The notes beneath the pieces were generated by a model, which saw nothing but the letters and a program-made list of their open reading frames with translations, did no database searches and was not told where the DNA came from. A stretch of DNA of 64,000 bases, taken from Gaiellales bacterium (GTDB lineage Bacteria > Actinomycetota > Thermoleophilia > Gaiellales > JAICJC01). Location: contig JBBRMM010000011.1 in assembly GCA_038230835.1 (NCBI GenBank), positions 52,529 through 116,528 on the forward strand, read 5' to 3'. Position 1 is the first letter of the stretch. Every line of letters begins with the position of its first letter. Shown here one piece after another: positions 8,284 to 16,899 of this stretch. A program made the position numbers and the translations under genes.

Positions 8284-9225
8284 TCATGGATGGCGATACG
8301 CGGGGAAGAACCTTGAGTCGGCGGCAACGTCCGCGGCGGCGCAGAGATCGGCGTACACACTCGGTTCGTGTACGCATGTGCCGATGTACAGCGGAACGCG
8401 TCCCGAGCCCATTGCCTGCTTGAACCGGTGCAGAGCATCGTCCTCCGACAGTCCGCCCCCGAGTACGAGCGTCTCGAAACCGCCGTCGCGCGCCCGTCTC
8501 ATCGCCTCGTACAGCACCAGGTTGGCGGCGGCGACGTCCCGCGCCTCGGGTGTCGACCCGGCCAGGAAGTAGTGCATCGCACCGCCTCCGCTGAGGAACA
8601 GGCCGGCTGCGGTGCCCGCATCGAGCACGTGCACCGCGTCGCCCATGCGCTCCAGTCGCTCGAAGAACCCGCGGTCGAACAGGTAGAAGCTGCGCGCGCC
8701 GATGCGCCGCATGGTTTCGCTGTAGAGGCTCTCGAACCGCTCGAGGTCGCGATGCTCGTGGACCTCCACCCCGCATCGCAGCGCCTTGCGCACCGCGGTG
8801 CGGCCCCGGCCCTCCATCTGCGCGAGCAGCCCGTCGTCGTCGGTGCCGACGTCGACGGTGATCGCGTCCTGCAGGCGGATCAACTCGACGCCCGGAAGCC
8901 CATCGTGATTGTGCAGCAGCGGGTGGAAGCGGATGAACTCGGATACCACCCGCCGTTCACGACACGCCTCGACGAAGGCCGGCCGCCAATCGCCGCGGCC
9001 GATCGGCCCCCCCGCCCCGTAGGCGCTCGTCAGATCGCACCAACCACCGTCCAGCTCGCGGACGAGGAACGGGTACAGGACGTCGCCGTGCGCGAACCCG
9101 GCCGGGGAACCACCGCCGATCATCGCCGCCGCTACGAGGTACTCGGGCCGCAGATACGGGTCGTCGGCGTCGCGCTCCCCCCACGCCTGCGCGTACTCGT
9201 CGAGCCCGAGCCAGCCCTGGATCAC
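8284..9225 (-). CDS. FemAB/CelD-like GNAT-fold acyl- or aminoacyl-transferase
   Basis: C-terminal 313 aa of ORF 8284..9897, starting at the GTG at 9223..9225, which overlaps the upstream stop. Segments FYLFDRGFFERL, HYFLAGSTPEARDVAAANLVLYEAMRRARDGGFETLVLGGG and LHRFKQAMG are typical of the FemAB/Acetyltransf_6 group seen in EPS loci. Confidence 0.55.
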   Translation of the reverse strand: MIQGWLGLDEYAQAWGERDADDPYLRPEYLVAAAMIGGGSPAGFAHGDVLYPFLVRELDGGWCDLTSAYGAGGPIGRGDWRPAFVEACRERRVVSEFIRFHPLLHNHDGLPGVELIRLQDAITVDVGTDDDGLLAQMEGRGRTAVRKALRCGVEVHEHRDLERFESLYSETMRRIGARSFYLFDRGFFERLERMGDAVHVLDAGTAAGLFLSGGGAMHYFLAGSTPEARDVAAANLVLYEAMRRARDGGFETLVLGGGLSEDDALHRFKQAMGSGRVPLYIGTCVHEPSVYADLCAAADVAADSRFFPAYRHP

Positions 9226-9857
9226 GCCGGCGCCCGATCCGGCGGCACATCCTCGACGAGGTCCTCGCTCTCGTCGTTGGCGTGGAACCCGCGCCGGAGT
9301 AGCACCGTGGGCACGGTGCCGGCGAGTATGCGCAGGTCGGTGAGCAGGCTGACCTCGCGGACGTAGCGGTGATCGGCCTCGATCATCTGCGACCGGCGAA
9401 GCGTGTTTCGCCCCTCGACCGCCGCGTAGCACGTGAGCCCGGGGCGTACGCGTAGCGTTTCGCGGTAGCGGGTCATGTAGCGGTCGATGATCTCGTGCGG
9501 TTTCGGCCGCGGTCCGACCAGCGACATGTCGCCGCGCAGGACGTTCCACAGCTGCGGCAGTTCGTCGATCGAGGATGCGCGCAGGAATCTGCCGACCGGC
9601 GTGATCCGCGGGTCCGCGGGGGCGAACCACATACCCGCACCTTGCGCAGCTGCTCCCGGCACCATCGTACGGAACTTGAAGATCGTGAAGTCGCGCTCGT
9701 CCATGCCGCAGCGCGTCTGCGTGAACAGGATCGGGCGGCCCTGGGTGCGCCAGAGGACGGCGGCCGCCACCGCCACCACCGGCGACGCGATCACCCCCGC
9801 CAGCCCGCCGACCGCGACGTCGAGCGCCCGCTTGCCGTACCGCTCGTACAGACTCAC
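9222..9857 (-). CDS. Initiating sugar-phosphate transferase (bacterial sugar transferase, WbaP/ExoY C-terminal-domain type)
   Basis: GTG at 9855..9857 (VSLYERYGKRALD). One TM, then the signature RPILFTQTRCG...FTIFKFRTM...DELPQLWNVLRGDMSLVGPRP. Confidence 0.9.
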   Translation of the reverse strand: MSLYERYGKRALDVAVGGLAGVIASPVVAVAAAVLWRTQGRPILFTQTRCGMDERDFTIFKFRTMVPGAAAQGAGMWFAPADPRITPVGRFLRASSIDELPQLWNVLRGDMSLVGPRPKPHEIIDRYMTRYRETLRVRPGLTCYAAVEGRNTLRRSQMIEADHRYVREVSLLTDLRILAGTVPTVLLRRGFHANDESEDLVEDVPPDRAPA

Positions 9858-10999
9858 AGGCGCGTTCCCGCCGCCTTGTCCCACGTGGCCGGAACACCCC
9901 GGCGCAGGTACCCGGCCAGCGCGATTACGGTCGCCAGCGTGACCAGCAGGTAGTAGTGCAGCACCCGCAGCCGTCGGATCCGCCCGCGGGTGAGCATCGA
10001 GACGCCGACCAGCGCGAGCCCCGTCAGCTGCAGCCCGAAGAGGACTGCGTACACCGTCGCGTGGCGCGCCAGGAGCGCGCTCGAGACCAGCAGCAGGATG
10101 TGCAGCGGCCCACTCCAATAGCGCAGCAGCCGATGGCTCACCAGTTCCACCCAGTAGGTCGGGCCGAGCCGGCGCAACCCGAACATCTTGCCCCGGAAGA
10201 GCATCAGCCACGCGTGCTCGAACATGCGCACCTTGCGCCGGAACTCGTCCTCGATGTCGGTGGTCATGTTCTCGGTCGCGCCGGCGGTCGGCTCGTACAC
10301 CGCGCGGTAGCCGTTCTGGACCATCAGATAGGGGAACGAGAGATCGTGCCCGAAGCGCGGGTCGACCTCGCGGTAGGCCTCACGCCGTACCGCGTAGATC
10401 GCCCCGTTGGATCCGGTCATCGAGTGCAGCAGGGACTCCCGCTCTCGCAGCCACATCTCGTACCGCCAGTAGAGCCCTTCCTGGTTCGTGCCTCCGGTCG
10501 GGTTGACGAGGCGCACCCGTCCGCACGCCATGCCCACCCGGGGGTCGGCGAACGGCTCCACCAGGCGCCGTAACGCGTCGATGTCCCAGAGCACGTTGGC
10601 ATCTCCGAACGCGACGATCTCACCCTCCGTCTCGCGCACGGCCCGATCCTGCGCGGCCACCTTGCCGCCACGCTCGCAGTGGATCAGGCGCACGCCGCTG
10701 TCGGCGTAGCGCGCGACGATCCGGTGGGTGTCGTCGGACGAGTCGTCCGAGGTGACCACGATCTCGAGCCGCTCACGCGGATAGTCGGCGGTGAGCGCAT
10801 TTTCGAGCTTGCTCTCGATCACCGCCTGCTCGTTGTAGGCCGGAATGATCAGGCTGACGGTGGGCAGGATCGGCCGCTTGGCGACCGGCCACGGCCGCAC
10901 CGCACCCCACCCCCACACGACCAGCGGATAGGCCAGATGCGTCCATACCAGCAACGCCAGGCTGGACCACAGAACGATCTCGAGCAGGAGTGTGAGCAC
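9854..10999 (-). CDS. Glycosyltransferase family 2, membrane-embedded (synthase-like)
   Basis: N-terminal TM, VSLIIPAYNE, TSDDSSDDT, GGKVAAQD, FGDANV and C-terminal TM helices. The stop overlaps the next start (GTGA). Confidence 0.85.
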   Translation of the reverse strand: MLTLLLEIVLWSSLALLVWTHLAYPLVVWGWGAVRPWPVAKRPILPTVSLIIPAYNEQAVIESKLENALTADYPRERLEIVVTSDDSSDDTHRIVARYADSGVRLIHCERGGKVAAQDRAVRETEGEIVAFGDANVLWDIDALRRLVEPFADPRVGMACGRVRLVNPTGGTNQEGLYWRYEMWLRERESLLHSMTGSNGAIYAVRREAYREVDPRFGHDLSFPYLMVQNGYRAVYEPTAGATENMTTDIEDEFRRKVRMFEHAWLMLFRGKMFGLRRLGPTYWVELVSHRLLRYWSGPLHILLLVSSALLARHATVYAVLFGLQLTGLALVGVSMLTRGRIRRLRVLHYYLLVTLATVIALAGYLRRGVPATWDKAAGTRL

Positions 11000-11022
11000 G
11001 GGTTGATTGTACGGGCCGACCT

Positions 11023-12303
11023 ATGCTGCAAGCCGCAATGCGACGCCTGATCAGCTATCTGTCCGGCCTGCGACCGGGCCTGCCGCCGGCGGTGCGAACG
11101 CTCCAGCTGGGCGGTCTCGTGAACTCGTTCGGCAACGGCCTGGTGCTGCCGTTCCTGATCATCCACCTACACAACGTGCGCGGCATCTCGCTTGCCCTGT
11201 GCGGGTTGATCGTCGGTACGAACTCGTTCGTCAGCCTCGTCGCCGGGCCGGTTTCGGGGCCGCTGATCGACCGCTTCGGAGCCCGGCGCTTGCTGCGCGG
11301 GGCGCTGGTCATGCTGGCGCTGGGGTTCGGCGGCTACACGGTCGTCCACACCGCCTGGCAGGGGTTCGTCGCTGCCGGCCTGGCCGGCGTCGGCAACGGG
11401 GCGTTCTGGCCCGCCCAGTCGACCCTCCTGGCGGGTCTGACCACTCCCGACAAACGACCCGCCACCTACGCCGTCCAGCGGATCATGATGAACATGGGGA
11501 TCGGGCTGGGAGGCGTCGTCGCTGGGCTCGTCGCCTCGACGGCCGATCCCGGCAGCTTCAACTGGCTCTTCATCGGCGACGCGGCGACCTTCCTGGCCTT
11601 TCTGCTCGGGCTCTCACGGGTGCCGGATGTGGCGCCGGCAGACCATCTGCCGCGGGAGGCCGGGGGCAGTTTCCGCGACGTGCTCCGGCACCGCGCATTC
11701 ATGTCGGTGGTGGGGTTGAACCTGCTGCTGATCACCTTCGGGCTGAGCCAGATCGACGTCCTGCCGGCATACATGAAGAATCATGCCGGCGTCAGCGAGC
11801 TGGGGATCTCGCTCGTGTTCGCAGCCAACACGCTGTTCATCGTGATCGCCCAACTGCCGATCGCGGCCGCCCTGCGCGGCCGCCGCCGGATGCGGACGAC
11901 CATGGGCGTGGGGCTGGTCTGGGGCGCCTGCTGGCTCCTGGTGCCGGCGATCGGCGGGATCGCGTCCGGTGCGACTGCCGCCGCGCTGTTTGCCCTGGAC
12001 GCCGCACTGCTGGGCGTCGGCGAATGCCTGCACGGGGCCGTCCAGGCGCCGCTGGTCACCGACCTGGCCGACCATCGGCTGATGGGCCGCTACATGGCGG
12101 TGTCGGCGTTCTCGTGGAGTGCCGGGTTCGGGCTTGGACCGGCGCTGGGCGGGTTTCTCCTCGGCCGCGCGCCGATGGTGCTGTGGATGGTGGTCGGCGG
12201 CGCCTGCCTGGTCACCGGTCTCTCGGCGCCGGCGATCGAGCGGCTGCTGCCGGCTCAGGTGCAGCGCACACCGGTTGCTGCCGCGGCCACCAGCGGTGAC
12301 TGA
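11023..12303 (+). CDS. MFS transporter
   Basis: 426 aa with about 12 hydrophobic segments. MFS loop motif GPLIDRFGARR between TM2 and TM3. The start could instead be the Met at 11038. Confidence 0.8.
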   Translation: MLQAAMRRLISYLSGLRPGLPPAVRTLQLGGLVNSFGNGLVLPFLIIHLHNVRGISLALCGLIVGTNSFVSLVAGPVSGPLIDRFGARRLLRGALVMLALGFGGYTVVHTAWQGFVAAGLAGVGNGAFWPAQSTLLAGLTTPDKRPATYAVQRIMMNMGIGLGGVVAGLVASTADPGSFNWLFIGDAATFLAFLLGLSRVPDVAPADHLPREAGGSFRDVLRHRAFMSVVGLNLLLITFGLSQIDVLPAYMKNHAGVSELGISLVFAANTLFIVIAQLPIAAALRGRRRMRTTMGVGLVWGACWLLVPAIGGIASGATAAALFALDAALLGVGECLHGAVQAPLVTDLADHRLMGRYMAVSAFSWSAGFGLGPALGGFLLGRAPMVLWMVVGGACLVTGLSAPAIERLLPAQVQRTPVAAAATSGD

Positions 12304-13601
12304 GCGGTGCGGGCCGGTGCGAACATGACCGCCCCGCCGACCGCCAGCAGGGCGAGCGCGAAGAAGTAGTCGAACGACATCGTCAGGTAGAAGAAGTTCG
12401 CGGCTGCTGTGCCGATCAGAGCGGCTGTCATGCCGTAGCCGAGCCGGGCGACGTCGATGTCCGGGCTGCGCCGCACCGCCGCCGCGCTGGCCACCAGATA
12501 CGCGAAGTAGGCGAGGTACAGGCTGAGTCCGACGATGCCGGTCTCGACCAGCACCGCGATCCAGATCGAGTGCGGTCCGAAGTCCGAGCGGCCGGTGATG
12601 AACTGGTAGAACACCGCGAAGGTATTGAAGCCCATCCCGAGCAGCGGATGGGGATCGAGCGCCGGGCCGACCAGCTGGTAGAACTGGAAGTGGGTCTGGG
12701 TGCCGCTGCCCCCGGTCGATATCCGCGTCTGGACGACCCGGCGCAGGAAGTAGCTCGACTCGTAGGCGACGGCGAACACCGCGATGAGCGACCCGGCACC
12801 GATCGCCAGCGACCGCGCGCTCGGCAGGAAGCCGCGGATCACCGGCAGCAGCATCAACAGGCCGACCACATCGCCCAGCGCCCCCGATCTGGAGAGGGTC
12901 AGAACCTGCACGGCGAGCATGAACAGCAGCAGCAGGCCCAGTGGGCGGCGTCCGCGCCGGTCGAGCAGGTAGTACGGCAACAGCACCAGCAGCGGTACGC
13001 ACAACATCACGCCGAGGTGGTTGGGGTCGCCGGTCAGCGCGTTCACGCGGTAGATGCTCTGCTGGCCGCTGACGACCCCGTAGACGTTGATGCCGCCGAC
13101 CCCGCCCTGCCCCGAGGTCAGGTGCCCCACCACGAGCTTGTCGAGGTTGAAGCCGATCGCGACCTGCAGCCCGAGCTGCAGGATGCCGTACACGCAGTTG
13201 ATCGCCACTCCAGCGGTGAACCAGCGCCAGCCGCGCAGGTAGAGCGGCCGGCCGCGACGCGTGACGTGGGCGACCCCGCAGAGGAGAAACGCGAAGTGCA
13301 CCCCCCACGACCCCAGGCCCTTCAGCCAGAACGACAGCGCCTGGGTGTTCTGCAGGTCGAAGTAGCCGGCGAGGTAGATCGCGGCGAACGCGAGCATGAA
13401 CCCCGCCAGCGTGACCGACGCCGGTGGCGCGCCCAGATCCCGCCGGCGAATCCGGTCGACCACGAACGCGGTCACGAAGGCGGCCGCCAGCAGGTTGGTC
13501 GCGGTCAGCGTGAAGGCCGAGGTCTCCCACCGGATCTTCTCCCAGGTGAGCACGGCCAGGGTCGCCAGGAAGAGGGTGTCGATCGGGTCACGCCGGGTCA
13601 T
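12255..13601 (-). CDS. O-antigen ligase/polymerase family (Wzy_C-like) membrane protein
   Basis: ATG at 13599..13601 (MTRRDPID) inside ORF 12255..14018. Polytopic, with LTLSRSGALG and a large loop (RISTGGSGTQTHFQFY) followed by GMGFNTF. Confidence 0.75.
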   Translation of the reverse strand: MTRRDPIDTLFLATLAVLTWEKIRWETSAFTLTATNLLAAAFVTAFVVDRIRRRDLGAPPASVTLAGFMLAFAAIYLAGYFDLQNTQALSFWLKGLGSWGVHFAFLLCGVAHVTRRGRPLYLRGWRWFTAGVAINCVYGILQLGLQVAIGFNLDKLVVGHLTSGQGGVGGINVYGVVSGQQSIYRVNALTGDPNHLGVMLCVPLLVLLPYYLLDRRGRRPLGLLLLFMLAVQVLTLSRSGALGDVVGLLMLLPVIRGFLPSARSLAIGAGSLIAVFAVAYESSYFLRRVVQTRISTGGSGTQTHFQFYQLVGPALDPHPLLGMGFNTFAVFYQFITGRSDFGPHSIWIAVLVETGIVGLSLYLAYFAYLVASAAAVRRSPDIDVARLGYGMTAALIGTAAANFFYLTMSFDYFFALALLAVGGAVMFAPARTAQSPLVAAAATGVRCT

Positions 13602-14881
13602 CCGGCCGCCTCGCGCAGCACCGCCGCCAACTCCGCTGCTCGCGCCCGGCGGGACAGGCGCTCGCGCTCCGGGGCCGGCAGGTCGACGTCCGGGAGCCCG
13701 TCGGCAGCCCAGCGGTCGATCAGGCGTTCGAGCGCCGCGGTCAGTTCCGAGACGTCGTCGGAGTCCACCACCTCGCCCACCCGGAGCCGGTTGATCAGGG
13801 CGGCCGCGATGCCGTTCGGCGGCACGGCGGCCAGGATCGGACGGCGCGCCGCGACGTACTCGAATACCTTTCCCGAGAGCACCGTGTCTCCGCGCCCGCC
13901 GGCGTGGGGGATCAGGAGCAGCAGCGCATCGGCGGCACGCTGCGCTGCCACCGTGTCGCGATAGGGCCGAAACCCGGTCTCCTCCCAGGCATCGTCGATC
14001 CCGAGCCCCTGCGCCCACGCGCGATCGTCCGAGCGCAGGTCGCCGACGAACCGCACGAGAATCGACCCCCGCAGGTCGGGTCGGCGGGCGATCAGGGTCT
14101 GCAGCGCGGTCAGGAAGGGGCGCGGTGTGCGCTGGCCGAAGAATGACCCGGCGTGCACGATCACGAACCGTTCGCCGGCCCGGTACTCGAGCTCGTCGAA
14201 GTCGTCGAAGTCGGCGCCGTTGGTGATCACGTGCGTCCGGCCCGGCGCAGTCGGGTGGAGTCCCCGCACCTCCTCGGCGATGGCGTCGGTGACCGCCGTC
14301 ATCGCCCGCGCGCGGTGGGCCACCGACCGCGCCATCCGCGCTTCCACCACGCGCTTGGCACGCACACCGGGGTGCTCATAACGGCGGTGGGGGTTGACGA
14401 GCCAGGAGTCACGGAAGTCGGCCACCCAGGGCACCCCGGCGGTGGTCGCAACCACCTCGCCGACCAGGTGCACCGAATTCGGGGGGGACGTGGTGAGGAT
14501 GGCGTCGATTCGATGCCGGCGAACAATCCGGATCGCGGCCGGCACGGCGGTCGCCGCCCACGGCGCCGCCTTGTCGGGGATCAGCGCCCGCTGGTAGGCG
14601 TAGCGGGCGTGCACGGCCGCTCGCCGCAGGCCCGCGGTGCCCTGCAGGGCTTCACCGCGAAACGAGGAGCGCGGGCCGAGGAAGCGCGCCCGGTGCACCA
14701 CGGTCGTCCGCGGGATGGCATCGAGCAGCGGCTCGTCACGGGCAAACCACTTGGGATCCGACGGTGCCAGCACGTGCACGTCGACGCCCGACTCGGGCAG
14801 AAACTTGCAGAACTTCAACGTGCGTTGGACACCACCGCCGCCCGCGGGCGGGAAGTAGAAGGCGATCACGAGCACGCGCAC
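13598..14881 (-). CDS. Glycosyltransferase family 4
   Basis: N-terminus MRVLVIAFYFPPAGGGGVQRTLKF and C-terminal GKVFEYVAARRPILA. The stop overlaps the next start (ATGA). Confidence 0.8.
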   Translation of the reverse strand: MRVLVIAFYFPPAGGGGVQRTLKFCKFLPESGVDVHVLAPSDPKWFARDEPLLDAIPRTTVVHRARFLGPRSSFRGEALQGTAGLRRAAVHARYAYQRALIPDKAAPWAATAVPAAIRIVRRHRIDAILTTSPPNSVHLVGEVVATTAGVPWVADFRDSWLVNPHRRYEHPGVRAKRVVEARMARSVAHRARAMTAVTDAIAEEVRGLHPTAPGRTHVITNGADFDDFDELEYRAGERFVIVHAGSFFGQRTPRPFLTALQTLIARRPDLRGSILVRFVGDLRSDDRAWAQGLGIDDAWEETGFRPYRDTVAAQRAADALLLLIPHAGGRGDTVLSGKVFEYVAARRPILAAVPPNGIAAALINRLRVGEVVDSDDVSELTAALERLIDRWAADGLPDVDLPAPERERLSRRARAAELAAVLREAAG

Positions 14882-14913
14882 GCGGGCAGTGTAGGTACCG
14901 ATACCCTGGGCGC

Positions 14914-15273
14914 ATGCAGCTTCCGGCCGGGTTTCGCGTGGTGCACCCCGCCACTCCGCTCGAGGAGGCGGCGCATGAAACGGTGCGTGCCATACCTGCC
15001 GGGTCGGTCGCCAGCTACGGCCGGGTGGCCGATTGGATCGGCAGGCCCGGACGCTCGCGCGCCGTCGGCCGCGCGATGGCGGGCTGCCCGGACGACGTGC
15101 CGTGGCACCGCGTGGTGAACGCCTCCGGCGGGCTTGTCCCCGGCCACGAGCGGGAGCAGGCGCAGCGGCTGCGGGCCGAGGGAGTGCGGGTGGGCGCCGG
15201 TCGGGTGCAGGCGCCGGTGCCGTGGTGGCCAGGCCCGGTTATCCGTACTCGACCTGCTCGTAGTAGCGGGTGA
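14914..15273 (+). CDS. Alkyltransferase-like protein (Atl; MGMT DNA-binding domain without the catalytic Cys)
   Basis: ATG at 14914 in ORF 14764..15273. It has SYGRVA and PWHRVVNASG, where Trp replaces the Cys of the PCHRV motif. Confidence 0.75.
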   Translation: MQLPAGFRVVHPATPLEEAAHETVRAIPAGSVASYGRVADWIGRPGRSRAVGRAMAGCPDDVPWHRVVNASGGLVPGHEREQAQRLRAEGVRVGAGRVQAPVPWWPGPVIRTRPARSSG

Positions 15274-16267
15274 CTCGGCGGCCGATCCGTGCCCGGTGGC
15301 CGGCTGCTTCGACGTCGTCCTCGGCGATCTCGCCCAGGGCGAGCTTGACCGCCAGCCAGGGCAGGTTGAGGTCGGGCTGGTAGATCAGGGTCGAGACCCG
15401 CGGATTGATCTCGAGCAGACGGTCGCCGAGGAACTGCACGTTGACCAGCCACTCCAGCCCGAGCTCCGCGATCAGGTCGCCCGCGTAGACGACCAGGTCG
15501 GGCCGGTCGATCAGCCGGAACTCCATCGCCAGCCCGGCCCGGAATGCCTCCCGGGTCTTCGCGCTGACCGCCAGCACGCGTCCGCCTCGGCAGAGCGCGT
15601 CGACCGCCAACTCCTCGCCCTGCACGAGCTCCATCACGAGCATCGCCGGGAAGCCGTCGCTGCCGTCGAGAATCTCCACCGCGTCGTCGACGGACAGCGC
15701 CAGCAGCATGCCGGGGCGGCCGTTGAGGAGCTGGTCGCGGCGGTCGATCGATGCCGAGAGCACGCGGAACCCACGCGCGCCCTTGCCCTCCAGCGGCTTC
15801 ATGCAGACGTCGGTGGCCGGATACCCGAGCTCGGTCGCGGCCGCCCGGAAGGCGGCTGCGTCGCGGGCCTCGATCGTCCGCGGCTGGGGAATGCCGAGGC
15901 GGTCGGCCAGGGCGGCCGTCTCGGACTTCGTGCTGGAACGGCGCACCGCGTCCGCGCCGGACACCAGCACCGGCACGCCGAATCGCTCGATGGCGCGCGA
16001 GATCGGACCAACCTCGGCCGAGGATTGGGGGAACACCACCTCCACCTGCTCTCGTTCGGCAACATCCGCCAGCGCGTCCACGTACCCCGGGTCGGATCCC
16101 GCGGGCACCTTGTGAAACGCGTCGCACAGGAACCGACCGGCCGACTCCTCGCGCATGTCCACGCCGACCAGCCGCACCGGCCGCTCACCGTGCTCGCGCA
16201 GCGCCCGCAGCAGCCGCGGCGAGCCGGGCGCTCCCGACGCCGTGACCAGGATCGAGAGCGGCTTCAC
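15239..16267 (-). CDS. ATP-grasp family ligase (carbamoyl-phosphate-synthase-L-like fold)
   Basis: GTG at 16265..16267 (VKPLSILVTASG) inside ORF 15239..16474. ATP-grasp hallmarks are present: CMKPLEGKGARGFRV, MLVMELVQGEELAVD, NVQFLGDRLLEINPR. Confidence 0.75.
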   Translation of the reverse strand: MKPLSILVTASGAPGSPRLLRALREHGERPVRLVGVDMREESAGRFLCDAFHKVPAGSDPGYVDALADVAEREQVEVVFPQSSAEVGPISRAIERFGVPVLVSGADAVRRSSTKSETAALADRLGIPQPRTIEARDAAAFRAAATELGYPATDVCMKPLEGKGARGFRVLSASIDRRDQLLNGRPGMLLALSVDDAVEILDGSDGFPAMLVMELVQGEELAVDALCRGGRVLAVSAKTREAFRAGLAMEFRLIDRPDLVVYAGDLIAELGLEWLVNVQFLGDRLLEINPRVSTLIYQPDLNLPWLAVKLALGEIAEDDVEAAGHRARIGRRVTRYYEQVEYG

Positions 16268-16899
16268 AGGATCCAGCGGTACACCTCGAACACCTCGGCG
16301 AGCCGGCGGCCGCTCTCGATGCCTCGGGTGCGGGCGATGTTGCGGATGTACTCCTCGTTGGCGTAGTTGCGATGCTGCTGGCTGGCGTAGCAGTCGAGTG
16401 CCGCCACCTTGCGGTCGAGGTGGGAGGGCTCGAGCGTGACGTAGGCCTGCTGGCGGAACTGGAAGCAGTTCCACGGGATCTCGTACCCCAGCAGCGTCGT
16501 CCGCTTGAACGCACGCATGCCCTCCCGGGCAACGGTCTCGTGATCCTGGTGGATGTCGCCCAGCGACGGCATCAGCACGAGTTCGGGCTGCAGCTCGTCG
16601 TTGGCGGCGACCAGCAGTTCGAGGATCTCCTGCCGAGCTCCGGGAAACGTGCGTACCTCGAAGTCGTGCACGGCCAGGTTGGCCGGAGGGATGCCCAGGG
16701 CGGCCGTCGCGGCCCGCACCTCGTGGGCGAGCGTGTCGGCGGGGAACCCCTCGGGCAGCGACCGCGACGCGGTCGAAAAGGCGATGTAGTGGACGTCCGC
16801 GCCCGCCTCCACCAGCCTCGCGATCGTCCCGCCGCAGCCGAATTCGCCGTCGTCCGTGTGCGGCGCCAGCACCAGCGTGCGGCGCCCGGCGGCGATCAT
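16264..16899 (-). CDS. PIG-L/LmbE-family N-deacetylase
   Basis: ATG at 16897..16899 (MIAAGRRTLVLAPHTDDGEFGCGGT) inside ORF 16264..18078, with HQDH further on. 4-nt overlaps at both ends. Confidence 0.85.
   Translation of the reverse strand: MIAAGRRTLVLAPHTDDGEFGCGGTIARLVEAGADVHYIAFSTASRSLPEGFPADTLAHEVRAATAALGIPPANLAVHDFEVRTFPGARQEILELLVAANDELQPELVLMPSLGDIHQDHETVAREGMRAFKRTTLLGYEIPWNCFQFRQQAYVTLEPSHLDRKVAALDCYASQQHRNYANEEYIRNIARTRGIESGRRLAEVFEVYRWIL

Noticed and set aside
11614-13530. A 638-aa minus-strand ORF, plus similar long ORFs at 918..2210(-), 7280..8776(-), 15134..16366(+), 16905..18497(+), 23545..24873(+), 49175..50578(+), 56175..57476(-) and 60762..62237(+).
   Set aside because: Each lies antisense to, or out of frame with, a gene that has clear family signatures. 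All are Arg/Pro/Gly/Ala-rich with no motifs, so they are shadow ORFs of high-GC coding DNA.
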